Of a DNA stretch of 64,000 nucleotides, positions 1 through 12,013 are shown one piece after another. Source of the stretch: Anthoceros angustus (taxonomy: Eukaryota; Plantae; Anthocerotophyta). Within the stretch, counting starts at the first letter, position 1. Each line of letters starts with the position of its first letter. The position numbers and the translations under genes are program-made. Location: NCBI GenBank assembly GCA_010909165.1, contig MU008169.1, positions 868,001 to 932,000 of the forward strand, written 5' to 3'. The notes under the pieces are model-generated. The model was not told the DNA's origin. It saw nothing but the letters and a program-made list of their open reading frames with translations, and did no database searches.

Positions 1-189
1 ACAACTTTATTTATACAACAACAACAACAACTTTATTTATGTCCACTAAGGATGGAAGAACCATCATGGGACAGAGATAGTACAGCGTAAAAGAGGTTTA
101 AATACCGAGTTCACTTACGTACATGACTACCAGTGCAAATAACAATTTATCGGTAATTGTGTGTGTAAAATCGCCATTAAAATTTCATT

Positions 190-2268
190 GAAACACCGAT
201 TAGGAAGATCGTCACGAGGCCACGAGACACTCCGAGCTGCTCTTGTCGGATCGTTCTCTTGCCTGCCTGCTACCCGGGTTTTCGACATACATGCAAGCAC
301 TTGTCCCGTGATCATCCAATGTCCCTTCCCTCATCAGTTCTTGGGTTTCTTCCCACACTTCAGCCCTGTGGACACTCTTCGCTGCGCATGCGGTGACCGC
401 CAATAAACTGCCTGGCTTTTCACCATTTCTCCTCATGCTGAGCGGAATTCTGGCTATGTGTGAGAAGTCCCCGTCTCACCATCGCGGTCTGTAAAATGCC
501 ACCGAGTGCAATGGATCTACTCCCATTGCCGGTCCGTGTGTGGCATCAGCGCCAAGCAACACATCATAATTTCTTGCATTAGATACCAACCTCAATGACC
601 GAAGCATCCTCGGTGCTTGGCTTGAGCTGTATGCGAATCGGATCCCGAGTGATCCCCATCACTTGCTCTTTGGTACCCGCAGACGTGGAGATGCGCACCT
701 CACATGGCTTCAATTTGTCTCCGTATAGCTGGAGTGCCTTCTGCACACGGGCACCAAGCAGCACTGGATCCGCACCCGTATCTACCAGCACACATTCTGG
801 GGCAATTCACTGTGACTTCTCGACCTTGATTGTCCACCATGGCGACGCCCCCTTTTCCTCGGGCAGCTGATTTCAAATGTTCACCACACAAGCTGGTAAG
901 CCCGAACACTATGTCGACCTTTGCGGATGCCTTTTTCATCCAGGCCTGCATTGCCTGCTTGAATGGCTGCACCTTGACTCCCAGATCACGTAAGCTAACC
1001 ATGGGCATATCCATTGCCCTTTCCAGTAGGAGCTCCATACTGGGCGATTTTCTTTCTGAGGGGTTCACGGACTCATGATCCTCCACCTGCCTGAAGGCCG
1101 TGGGCATTTTGAGTTGATTTCTCGCCCTAATCCTTTTCCCTTTGACACCTTCCCCCATGACAATGTCACCTTTCATACCAGGGGCCACCTCCATGGTCAT
1201 CAATGCATATACTTCTTGATCCGAGTCATACTCCTCCAAAGGTGTGTTTGCGACTCCTGGTGTGCTTGCATTCATTGCCAACTGCTCTTGCAGTCTGTGC
1301 ACCTCACTGAGAAGCGCCTTTCGAGTGTAACCCACCGACGGTTTTATTTTGTCACCCAGCCGATCCCCAGCTCCTTTGGGCTTAAATTCTGGGTGAGCTT
1401 GCCAACATGCTGCCTCCATGTGACCTGTTTTGGCACAGGTCCTGCACACCTCCTTTTCCTTAGCTCCACCAACTCGGCATTCAAAGGCTTTGTGCGCACC
1501 CCTGCATCGCAGGCACTTTACCGTTGCCTTGGTGCTGACCGCACTGTTGGCTGGACGTTCCCTGGCAGGTGAATTTCTCCGCAGAGCATTCCCTTGTGAC
1601 TGTTCACGATGGGAGGTCCTTCCTTGTAGCTTTTGTGTATTTGCGGCATGCTGGTGCCCTTTGACGAGATTATGTTCTTCCCAATATGCACTGGTCACAG
1701 CGTCTCCTTTCATGACCCTTTCCGCCATTTCATAAGCCTGCTCCAACTCATAGTTTGCACCATGCAGCATGTGGAGAAAGTTAGCAATCACCCTCCTCTG
1801 TCTACCCGGAAGGGCGGCTATGTAGATTTGTGCGGCTTCCCGCATCGTCTTCACTCGTGTGTCCTTTACCAACTGCCTTAATCTCAGGTACGCCGACCTA
1901 AGGGGCTCATTGGGCTTGATGATGAATCTCGACAGCTCCTGGATCTTTTCTATGGAAGATACCGGAAACATCTCTACAAACCTGCTGAACATTTCATCCA
2001 CCAGGTATGTGATAGCCGCCGCTTGCGTCGAACTGGACATTGCCCCCTCTTCATCTCCTTTCAAAGCCTTTTTAGCTCTGTCTGCCTGCGCCAGAGACCG
2101 AGCATCTTGCAAAATTTGATCCTTGCAATCACGGTAACACGTTAGAGCTTCTCCTGCCAAGAATGTGCTCATTTTCCTCAACGCCATCTCAGGGGTAAAT
2201 TCCGACTTGTACTTGAGCACCATCTCATCAATCGCCCATCTGAACTTTTCTTCGAAGTCAGCGATAGC
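190..2268 (-). mobile_element. Decayed Ty3/gypsy-type LTR retrotransposon fragment (gag + aspartic protease)
   Basis: ORF 700-2223 has two zinc knuckles (CLRCRGAHKAFEC, CRTCAKTGHMEAAC). The protease motif VLVDTGAD (about 791-768) follows in a shifted frame, then stop codons. The reading frame is cut at about 2268 by unrelated repeat DNA. No intact RT, integrase or LTR was seen. Confidence 0.8.
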
Positions 2269-2269
2269 T

Positions 2270-3773
2270 TAGTTTTTTATTTGTTATCAAAATCACTCTA
2301 AGAATGCATGCTATATTTGTTCTATGATATACTCACAAATTTCAAGAGCTTTCATGCTGAATTTGTTCTATGGTATACTTACTCACGAATTTCAAGAGGT
2401 TGCATATTATATTTATCCTAATAATGCTCATAAATTTCAAGAGCTTGAAGTAGGCCGGCCTTCCTTTAACTCGGAACCCATTCACATGTCACAAGTAGTT
2501 ACAATGCATATGTGGTTTTCGGCCAACTCACTCTAATTGCTTTCTTGATCATAGTATCTTTATTTTTTTATTAAATCATATATAATTGTAAATTACAAAA
2601 GACATATGACACTCTCCAAGTTCTCCTCTCCGAATGGTGAGCTTGGTATCATGTGACTCAATTTGTTATTTTTCTTGCAGAAACACTCAAGATCCCTTGA
2701 CGTTCTACTTGAAGGCTACTTCAATCAATGGTTACAGCTAGGCCGGGACATTGCAAATCATAAACTGAAGTTTCTATCGCATGTTCTTCAATCTCTAAAC
2801 AAACAAGTCCCTAGTATTAGATATTGTGCTTATGAATAATGTGACAAAAGAATGGGAGATCTACTTGGTTGAGATTCCGGACATGTCTTATGATGTGCTT
2901 AAAGCTCCCATGCCCTTCATTTACAAAGCTCATGCCACTAGAAGATCTCATTGACATGACCTTTGTAAATAAATTGGATGAGACCTAGTGCATGTTCAAA
3001 TATATGTTAGGAATCTCACGAAGCTAGTCTGTGCGATACCAGCGGTCTTGTTTTGGTTACTACCCAATGTGATATTCACCAAGGATCCATCATGACATTC
3101 TCTTATAGGCTCTACCTAAAATCGAAGGTAAACTGATCAAGTTGGCCCATGCTGCGGTTGCGAGAGGGCAAGAGGAAGACTTTCTTCCCGTGTCTCTCTC
3201 TTTGTCTAATATGGAAACCCAACTTAAATTCCGCTCTTTGGAATCCTTGTACAATAAGTTCTTGTTGTAAATAAATTAGATGAGAGCTCATAACACGTTC
3301 AAAGATATATCGGAAATCTCAACCAAACTAGTCTTCAGTTCATTTGTCACATTATTAACGGAGCACAGCCTTAAATACCGAGAAACTGCATTTGTGCTTG
3401 GAAAAAAGAACATGGGTTAAAAACTTTAGTGTCAACTTGTAGTGCTTTAGCTAATTTATATCCATGCTTTAGATATCGATTAGTTGAAGCGAAGTACTAT
3501 GACTCCAAATTTTGTTCGACACGTGTGAACCATCAATATAGGCACTGCGGCCTAAAATAAAGACTCTTGCCAAATATTTAAATAACTATAATAATGAAGA
3601 AAGAGAATTGAAGGAAACTTAAAAAAAGAAATTACTACCGAATTTTAGAATGACTACATGAAGAAGACAACTCTAGAACCAAACCTTAAACCTTAATAGA
3701 CGACTGAAAGAAACTCGAAAGGAAATTGAACATATACTAGTGCATTTACATTTACGAGAAAGGGGTAATTCAC
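2270..3773. repeat. Dispersed non-coding repeat, copy 1
   Basis: 2280-2600 matches 5213-5420 and 3265-3773 matches 5465-5963 (for example the identical end ggaaattgaacatatactagtgcatttacatttacgagaaaggggtaattcac). 2640-2750 recurs degenerate at about 11250-11390. Confidence 0.8.
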
Positions 3774-4164
3774 TCTCTGTTATGCCTTGTGTGATTCTTT
3801 GATGACTCCCTATTATGGCTTGTGTGTTGTGCACACTCTTCACTCTCTATTATGCCTTGTGCAACTCCCCATTATGGCTTGTGCTTTGTGATCACTCTTT
3901 ACTCTCCATTCCCTCCCATTATAGCTTGTGCTTTGTGACCACTCTTTCCTTTTCCACTCCCAGCGTTATGGCATGAGTTGTGACCACTCTTCACTCGCTG
4001 TTATGCCTTTTGTGCTGAGGCCACTCCCTACTCGCATCAGCCATAGCTTATGCGTCGCGGCCACTCTCGACTCTTAGTTTTAGGCGCTATGTTATGGCAA
4101 CTCTTCATGTGTGGTAAAGATTCCTTGCAGTATCTGTACTGTATCAACCTTATGTTTTGAAGCC

Positions 4165-4455
4165 TTTGTGTTGTAACAAGTTGGGTGTTTTGGTGTATCT
4201 ATGTTGTGGCCACTCTATGAGGACTTTGTGTAGTAACACGATGGGTATTCTAGCAAATATATGTTGTGGCCACTCTCTAACATCTTTGTATTGTAACAAG
4301 TTGGGTGTTTTAGGGGACTATGTTGTGGCCACACTCTGAAGACTTTTTGTTGTAATAAGTTGGGTGTTTTAGTGGATCTATGTTGTGGGCACACACTTAA
4401 GACTTTGTGTTGTAATAAGTTGGGTGTTTTAGTGTATCTATGTTGTGGCCACACG
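4165..4455. repeat. ~60-bp minisatellite, about 5 copies
   Basis: Unit similar to ctttgtgttgtaacaagttgggtgttttagtgtatctatgttgtggccacactctgaaga, spaced 59-60 bp apart. A partial copy lies near 4545-4570. Confidence 0.9.
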
Positions 4456-5051
4456 CTACTCTCAGTTATAGCCTCTATGTTGTGGCCAATCTTAATTTGT
4501 TATAATGATTCCATGTTGTATCGTATCGACCCTGTGTTGTGAGGACTTTGTGTTGTAACAAGTTGGGTACCTTTCAGCGGATCTATCCTAGATGATTGTG
4601 TGTTGTAGCAAGCTTGTGTAAAATGTAAAAATCTTGTGTCGTAGGTTGTGTGTTGTAGTAATTATTTTGTAGGTTGCGTATTGTAGTAATTGTTTTACGA
4701 TAATTGTCATAGTTTTATTATAGTAATTTTATTACAATATAATTTACAACTCTCTTTGAACTGTAGTTTGAACTACTTTGTGCTAGCTGGCGTATTATAG
4801 CATATAACACATCTTAGGAGGCATAACTACGTGCGTGTTGTATAAGCAATATGAGATGTAAGAGCCAAGTCATAGCTGGAGTTTTAGTGGGGCATATTGT
4901 ATGAGCATTATGAGTGCAGTGATGGACATATTCAGCCTCCTATAGTCTATTGCATGTATTATAGCAGCTCTGAACTGACAACCGTTCAGAGCACACTAGA
5001 TAGATTATCTTATATGAAATGTAAAATATTTTCTACTTCATGAACGCGAAA

Positions 5052-5113
5052 ACTCTGGCCGGGAACCGAACTTGCATCCACCTAGTGATAAGGCAACACT
5101 CTACCATGAGATC
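5052..5113 (-). pseudogene. Possible degenerate tRNA-derived sequence (tRNA pseudogene or SINE head)
   Basis: The minus strand reads tcatggtagagtgttgccttatcactaggtggatgcaagttcggttcccggccagag, with A-box-like TGGTAGAG and B-box-like GTTCGGTTCC. A cloverleaf is not convincingly complete. Confidence 0.3.
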
Positions 5114-5204
5114 AAATCAATACCAGCAAGTCATGCTTTTTAGGCTTTATGTACACAATAGCCCAAAACTTTTATTGAAAATTGAAAGTTTGGTCTAGTT
5201 TGGC

Positions 5205-5963
5205 TTTCTAATCGTTATCAAAATCACTCTGAGGGTGCATGAGATATTTGTGTTGTGATAGACTCATAAATTTTAAGAGCTTGAAGTGGATCGACCTTCA
5301 TCATACTGAGGAACCCTAGAGCAGTTGCAGCAATTACGTGGTTTCAAGCCAGTCCACTTCAAATGTTTTCTTGATCCTAGCATCTTAAATTTTTGTAAAA
5401 TCATACCTAAGTGTAAATTACAAAGCCCATGCCATCACTAGAAGATCCTCATTGGCATGAGCTCTCTAAATAAATTGGATGAGAGCACATAGCACGTTCA
5501 AAGATATGTCGGGAAGCTCAACCAAACTAGTCTCCAAGTCCGTTGTCACAATGTTAACGGAGCATAGCCTTCAATGCCGAGAAACTATTTTTGTGCTTAG
5601 AAAAAAGAACATGGATTAAAACCTTCAGTGTTAACTTGTAGTGTTTTAGCTAATTTATATCCAGGCTTTAGATATCCATTAGTTGAAGGCAAGTACCATG
5701 ATGCCAAATTTTGTTCAACATGTGTGAACCATCAATATAGGCATTCAGGCCTAAAGCAAAGACTCTTGCCAAATCTTTAAATAACTATAATAATGAAGAA
5801 AGAAAATTGAAGGAAACTTGAAAGAAGAAACTACTACCCAATTTTGGAATGACTACATGAAAGAAGACAACTCTAAAACCAAAACCTTAAATCTTGAACG
5901 ACGACTGAAAGGAAATTGAACATATACTAGTGCATTTACATTTACGAGAAAGGGGTAATTCAC
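5205..5963. repeat. Dispersed non-coding repeat, copy 2 (internally deleted relative to 2270-3773)
   Basis: Direct sequence match to 2280-2600 and 3265-3773. Confidence 0.8.
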
Positions 5964-7316
5964 ATATAGGCTTCAAAACAATATAATCTTGATAATTAGT
6001 GATGATGAATATCCAAATAATTTAGATCCCAAGGTTCTTATGTCTTACCTAGATAGTTTTATCCTATCTCCACTTAGCTACCGTACCCCAAGGGGTGGTT
6101 CAACAGGATAATGTCGAAATAATTATTTTTTGAAAAAAATAAGGTTCAACATAAATATTTATATTTTTAAAATTTCAACATTTACAAAAAATAATTTTAT
6201 CAAATTTCAAAATTTATTAAAATATATAGGTATATACATAAAACTCATGGATATGTATAGACCTCTCCTAAATAGGCCCTATTTTTCCACACAAACACTA
6301 GTTTCCTTATTTTCGGCATCATAAACTCATAAATTTTTACCTATTCAACATTTTAAGTATAATAATTTCTGGATTTTCAACTTTTACTAATTTTAGTTAA
6401 TTAACGCCGAATCACCCCTTGGGGTACGGTATTCAATAACATGTTCTTATTTAAGGTCTCTTATTACCATGAAAAAAGATAGAATCCCGTGTTTTGTGAT
6501 ACACGTTGAATATTTACATATCATATAGAGGTATATTTGTCTATGTAGTTGAGTATGTGTTAGACCTTTTTTTTGTCATTAATGGTAATTGAGAAGGATA
6601 ATACCATGTATGAGGATAAGTTAGATAGAAATAATATTAAATTATAACTAGATAATAATATCTTAATATATCTAGATTGCATAGAAAAATTTCAATAGTG
6701 AGAAGGCATGTCAAAGTAGTTGAGGCATGAGGTGAGAGATTCGATTTGTCGAAGTAAGGATTGGTTTCATCAACCCTACAACAAATTAGTCGTCAAATAA
6801 GTTGTTGTCATCGTGGAGAAAGAGGTAATTCACATATAGGCTTCAAAAAGTTATAGTCTTGATAATTGGTCATGATGAATATTAAAATAATTTATGATCC
6901 CAAGGTTCTCATGTCTTATCCTAGATAGTTTTGCCTTATCTCCAATTATCTATTCAATAATATGTTCTTATTTAAGGTGCCCCATTACCATAAAAAAAGA
7001 AGAAGCAAAACTCGTGTTTTGTGATAAATGTTAACTGTTTATATATCATATTCTGATATATATTTTTTCGTAGTTGCACATTGCTTAATTTATTTTTCAC
7101 TATTGGTAATTTAATATGATTATATGATATATAAGGATAAGTTATATTAAAATATTTTTAGATTATAATTACATAATCATATCTTAATATATTTAGATTG
7201 CATAGAAAAAATTCAATAATGAGAAAGCAACTCAAAGAGGTAGAGGCATGAGGTGAGAGATTTGATAAGTCCAGGTAAGGATTGGTTTCATCAACCCTAT
7301 AACAAATAAGTCGTCA
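5951..7316. repeat. Tandem duplication of an AT-rich ~500-bp unit (5951-6800 and 6823-7316)
   Basis: Both units start with ggtaattcacatataggcttcaaaa and end with ggattggtttcatcaaccct...caaat(t)agtcgtca. The first unit carries a MITE. Confidence 0.85.
6081..6429. mobile_element. 349-bp Tc1/mariner-type MITE with TA target-site duplication
   Basis: 21-bp TIRs with 1 mismatch (ccgtaccccaaggggtggttc and gaatcaccccttggggtacgg), flanked by TA at 6079-6080 and 6430-6431. The paralogous empty site near 6950 reads attatc-TA-ttcaataa. Confidence 0.9.
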
Positions 7317-7485
7317 TTTACCATTAAACACTCAAAGTTAATGTTAAATACTCAAACTTTCATTGACTTTGAAACACCCAAGTCCACAAAATCTCCTGGC
7401 TCATACTGATTACAAAATATCTCGACCAAAAACCGTCGCCCTGCTATCAACCTTATAACGTAAATTGGCAAAAAGCTTCAGGCCG

Positions 7486-7835
7486 CCTACCAACCCTAAA
7501 ATACTTTGCGAGAACTTCCTTCGCCTACCAACCCTAAAACACTTCGCGAGAATTTCCTTCGCCTAACAACCCTAAAACACTTCGCGAGAACTTTCTTCGC
7601 CTACCAACCCTAAAACACTTCGCGAGAACTTCATTCGCCTACCAACCTTAAAACACTTCGCCAAAACTTCCTTTGCCTACCAACCCTAAAACACTTCGCG
7701 AGAACTTCCTTCGCCTACCAACCTTAAAACACTTCGCGAGAACTTCCTTCGCCTACCAACCCTAAAGCACTTCGCGAGAACTTCCTTCGCCTACCAACCC
7801 TAAAACACTTCGCGAGAACTTCCGGCGGCCTACCA
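7486..7835. repeat. 38-bp tandem array, 9 copies plus a partial copy
   Basis: Unit cctaccaaccctaaaacacttcgcgagaacttccttcg starts at 7486, 7524 and so on to 7790. There are no spacers. A single copy lies at about 11496. Confidence 0.95.
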
Positions 7836-8440
7836 ACGCTATGAAACACGGCATGTTCTTAGGTTTCTCATGTGTCTCAAGCCCCTTCTGCAAAGGGACG
7901 CCCCTTCCGTAAATGGTCTCTATGTTGTAGCGAACTTTGTATTGTGCCTACTCTGTATGGTAACGTCTCTGCATTGTTGTAGCAACTCTTGATTATTCGT
8001 GTGCTGTAGCAAGTCAGCTTATGTATTGTAGGACTATATTTTAGAGCCTTTCCCACCACAGATGATGTTGGACCTTGTTTGTTGGAGCAGCTCTCTATTA
8101 TAGCTATAGCTTACATCTTGTAATGATTATGTAGTGGGATGTTGTAGTAACTTGTATTGTAGCTTATATCTTGTAAGGATTATGTAGTGGGATGTTGTGG
8201 TAACTTGTGTTGTAGCTTATATCTTGTAATGATTAATTATGTAGTGGGATGTTGTGGTAACTTGTATTGTAGCTGGTGTGTTATAGCAATTCTGTCTTGT
8301 AGCTTTGTGTTGATTGGTACATGTTGTAGTGACTCTGAACCTTTATGTCTTGTTCTGTGGGCATGTGTTTGTGCAGGTGCCCCACTGGTGTTGAGCATCT
8401 GGGAATACGTTCAAAAACAATCTGCTTGGGCTCGAAGGGG
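7790..8440 (+). promoter_or_regulatory. Duplicated putative promoter/5' leader with intron (second copy about 11495-12050)
   Basis: 7790-8440 is collinear with 11495-12050. Both contain a donor (ctgtatg|gtaa) and an acceptor (tttgtgcag|gtgccc) and sit directly upstream of CLASSY-derived fragments. Promoter function is inferred. Confidence 0.55.
8107..8272. repeat. ~53-bp tandem repeat, 3 copies
   Basis: gtagtgggatgttgt(a/g)gtaacttgt... starts at 8131, 8184 and 8241. The paralogous leader has one copy, at about 11830-11880. Confidence 0.85.
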
Positions 8441-8459
8441 CATTCCAGCGAGCTCCTCG

Positions 8460-8900
8460 GTGTTGCTGATGGGAAAGGAAAGGACATTCAACTTGAAGAA
8501 CGATGCTTCGAGGGTTCTTCTAACCTTCATCAAGGCTTGTGAAGAAGATATAAACCTTATTGCAGCCGCCAGGATCATACTGCTCGAGCCAGAATCTAAC
8601 CCAAGCGACACTCATCAAGCAGGGAGCAGGGCTTTTCGTGTGGGACAGGAGAAGGTGGTGATTGTGTGTCACCTGGTTGCGGCCGACACAACCAAAATCG
8701 AAAATCGTCGAAATGCCGTAGCCAAGGAATGGGTGCCCATCAATCTCTTCGGTACAGGAACTATTGTTGACAACAGGGATGAAGAAGTCAGTGATCCAAG
8801 TAATTGTGGGGATGATTTCTTTCAGTCAAATCCTCTAACGAAGCATATAAACAGGGTTTTTATCGCACACAAAGTCATGTCAACGTTAGCCTCCAGGTGA
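8460..8900 (+). pseudogene. CLASSY/DRD1 copy A: helicase C-terminal lobe fragment (open frame from ATG 8469, 143 aa)
   Basis: Translation SRVLLTFIKACEEDINLIAAARIILLEPESNPS..QAGSRAFRVGQEK..KEW aligns with residues encoded at 20520-20900. Confidence 0.85.
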
Positions 8901-9109
8901 TGAAGGTAATGCTGCTTAGTGGACGCTGATGTGGTTAAGGGACCAACTTGCTCCTTTACGTCTTGAGGATGCTACTATTGGAGATCTGGCCAGCAAGTTC
9001 TGGCCTTCACCTCACCCCAACTTTGTGACTAGCAAGCCAAGCTTGGTACCAAGTGAGAAGGTCCTAGGTGCTGCATTGGGCATTCAGATCAGCTCCCTAT
9101 GAATTCTGG

Positions 9110-10200
9110 GAAGCTGCAAGGAAGAAATTTTGGAAGTCCAAGTCTGCTTTTATGAAGAGGACTGGAGATCACGACGCTGTAGATCTGGGTATACTGAACA
9201 TGTGGAATCTAACTTGTTTTGTAGACTCCCATGAAGGTGACCAGATGAGGTCTACAAGTTTGTTTTTCATCTGAAGCTGCAGCCTTTGCAAACGGACCTG
9301 GTGGCAAAAAGTGCAGTCAAAGTGCAGCGGTAGAAGTGGCAAGTTTAAGCTTACTTCGGCGACAACACTAGTGACTGTTCACCCGTCCCTATGCCCTGAC
9401 GAGTACCGGGACACAGCTGAGTTTCCTGACGTCGACGGAACAGCCTCGATCCAAGTAAAGGTGTGAAAGCTGATTTCGTTATGCAGATCCTGTCTCTTTG
9501 TGATAAGGCAGGAGAAAAGCTTATTATTTTCAGCAAAATGTTCAAACCTGCAATACATCCAGAGCGTCCTCCAAAAGCACAAGAGCTGGCTGGGCCTTGG
9601 GAGACAAAGTTCTGATTGCTGATGGGAAAGCCACCCTAAGGAGATTCAATTCGAAGAACGACCCTTCGAGGGTTCTTCTGGCCTCTATCAAGGCTTGTGC
9701 TTGTGGAGAAGATGCAAACCTTACTGCAGCCTCCAGATCATATTGTTGGAGCCAGAGTTTAACCCCAGCGTCACTCTGTCAAGCGGTGAGCAGGGCTTTT
9801 GGTGTGGGACAGGAGAAGAAGGTGGTGATTGTGTGTCATCTGGTTGCGGCCGACACAATCGAAATCGAAAATCGTCGAAAGGCCGTAGCCAAGGAATGGG
9901 TGTCCATCAATCCCCTTGGTACTTTCAGCCTGGCAACGTCAGGCTGGGGCGGCGGAGCCGAGCCTGCCCCCCCTTTTTCTAGAAGATTAGCTCGCGACTC
10001 GAGCTAATGCCAGGCGGCTAGCTCCTTCTTTTGCGCGCTATACAACGGCGCGCAGGAGCTATTGTTGACAACAGGGAGGGATGAAGAAGTCAGTGATCCA
10101 AGTAATCGTGGGATGACGTCTTTCAGTCCAATGCTGTAATGAAGCATGTGGACAGGCTTTGCATCGCACACAAGTCACGTCAACGTTAGCCTCGTGGTGA
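9110..10200 (+). pseudogene. CLASSY/DRD1 copy B: frameshifted C-terminal half with a 131-bp insertion
   Basis: Collinear with 19960-20920 (for example ctgaagctgcagcctttgca and caagcggtgagcagggctttt). Several frameshifts are present, plus an insert at 9922-10052. Confidence 0.9.
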
Positions 10201-12013
10201 TGAAGGTAATGCTGCCGAGCGCTCTGGTGCAGTGGTTAAGTGAGGGTTTAAAGACAAAGGGGAACTCCGGCACAACTTGCTTGTTTTACGTCTTGAGGGA
10301 TGCTACTATGGGAGATGTGGCTAGCAAGTTCTGGCCTTCACCTCAGCCCAACTTCCTGACTGTGAAGCCCGAGCTTGGTACCAGCTGACAAGGTCCTAGG
10401 CACTGCGTTGGGCATTCAGACCAGCTCCCGAATAACTCTGGAAGCTTGAAATGGGAACAAGCGGTGGGCTCACATGACTGTCCCAGATTGTACATGGCCG
10501 TGGCATTGAATCTTGGATCGAAAATTTGGGTGGAACACATTGTGCGCTGGACGTGGTGTTCCCTCCAAATTTCGTGCATCACTGCCTTTTCGTGTCTGAA
10601 ATTGATGGAAAGTGGCACTCGTGAGACTGCACTCTTGCACTCCGGCTGGGGTGGTGGCGCTAGGAGCCGGGCGTTTGCCGCGAAGCCGGAATCGCGTCGT
10701 TCAGTGAAGTGAAACGTCGTAGGCTGCGCGACAGCAGGCCCACGCTGAATTCGCCCCGTCCTCCTCTAGTTGCATTTCTCCGATGCTTTGGCAAAGCGAT
10801 TGTGCAGGGAATGGCCGGCCGCTGTGCATTCGAGTATGCATAGGAATCTTTGGGGTAGGGCCTGGAGTTGGTGCAGGAGGAAGTTCCCAACATCTTTCGC
10901 CCCGTGCGTAGGCTGATATCTGCAAGGCTCAGAGCCCTGATCTGAATTATGTTTTGATTCATCAAACGTTTTCAACCACCGGCGGCCGCTCACAGCATAC
11001 CAGATTCATGATCTTATACTGAACTATAGATAGCTGTTCATATTGTAAACCTGAACAAGACAGTCGGGAACACATTGATCGCAAATCGAACCCGCACCTT
11101 CTTCGTAAGAGGGCAACCCGAGACCACAACGTTACGCTTACGTAGGTTATATGGAGCACCACCAATCTGACCCAACGTGTGCGAAAGAGGTTAGTATAGC
11201 TTGTTTTCTAATTCTTATCAAATTTCTAGAAGCATGTGAGATTTTTTTTGCGGTACCATGGAACTCAAATATTTTTTTCCTTGCACAAAGATTCAAGACC
11301 CTCAACCTTCATACTTTGATGATGGGTGCTTCCATCAATTGTTGCAATTAAACCTAACCACCATAAAACTGAAGTTTCTAATTCATGTTGTTTCCATTAA
11401 TGATTGTAATTAAGCTTGGTGTCACAAAATATACACTGTAGTGTAAGCTTTTCAAAAGTGTGAATAGGACTTCCGGCAGCCTACCTACCCTACCGCCTAC
11501 CAACCCTAAAACACTTCGCGAGAACTTCCGGCGGCCTACCTACACTATAAAAGCCGCAATGCTCTTTAGTTTCCTAGGTTTTCTCAAAGCCCCTTCCGTA
11601 GAGGAGAGACGCCCCTTTTGTGAAGGGACTCTGTGTTGTAGCTACTCTGTATGGTAATGTCTCTCGTTGATGTAGCAAGAGTTGTAGCAACTCTTGGTCA
11701 TTCTTGTGTTGTAGCAAGTTAGCTTGTATATTGTAGGACTCTATGTTAGAGCTTTTCTCACAAAATTGGATCTTGTGTGTCACAGCAACTCTGTATTACA
11801 GCTACTCCTTGTTCCAGCTTGTGTGTTGTAATGATTATCTAGTTGGATGTTGTGGTAACTTGTGTTGTCGCTGATGTGTTATAGCAACTCCGTGTTGTAG
11901 CTTTGTGTTGGTTGGTTGTATGTTGTAGGGACTCTGAGGTTGAACCTTCTGTCTTGTTCTGTGTGCATGTGTTTGTGCAGGTGCCCGGATGCTGTTGAGC
12001 ATCTGGGAATACG

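Noticed and set aside
770-800. Programmed gag-pol frameshift
   Set aside because: The shift falls inside the protease, no slippery heptamer is evident, and downstream stops indicate decay.
7486-7835. CRISPR-like 38-bp periodicity
   Set aside because: The units are contiguous with no unique spacers, there are no cas genes, and the context is eukaryotic.
10210-10240. tRNA A-box-like ctggtgcagtggttaag in the duplicated 3' flank
   Set aside because: There is no B-box or cloverleaf, and paralogous copies vary at these positions.
10430-10990. Short ORFs between CLASSY copies B and C (also 14430-14830 and 28780-29315)
   Set aside because: No recognisable motif or splice-consistent model. They may be TE debris.
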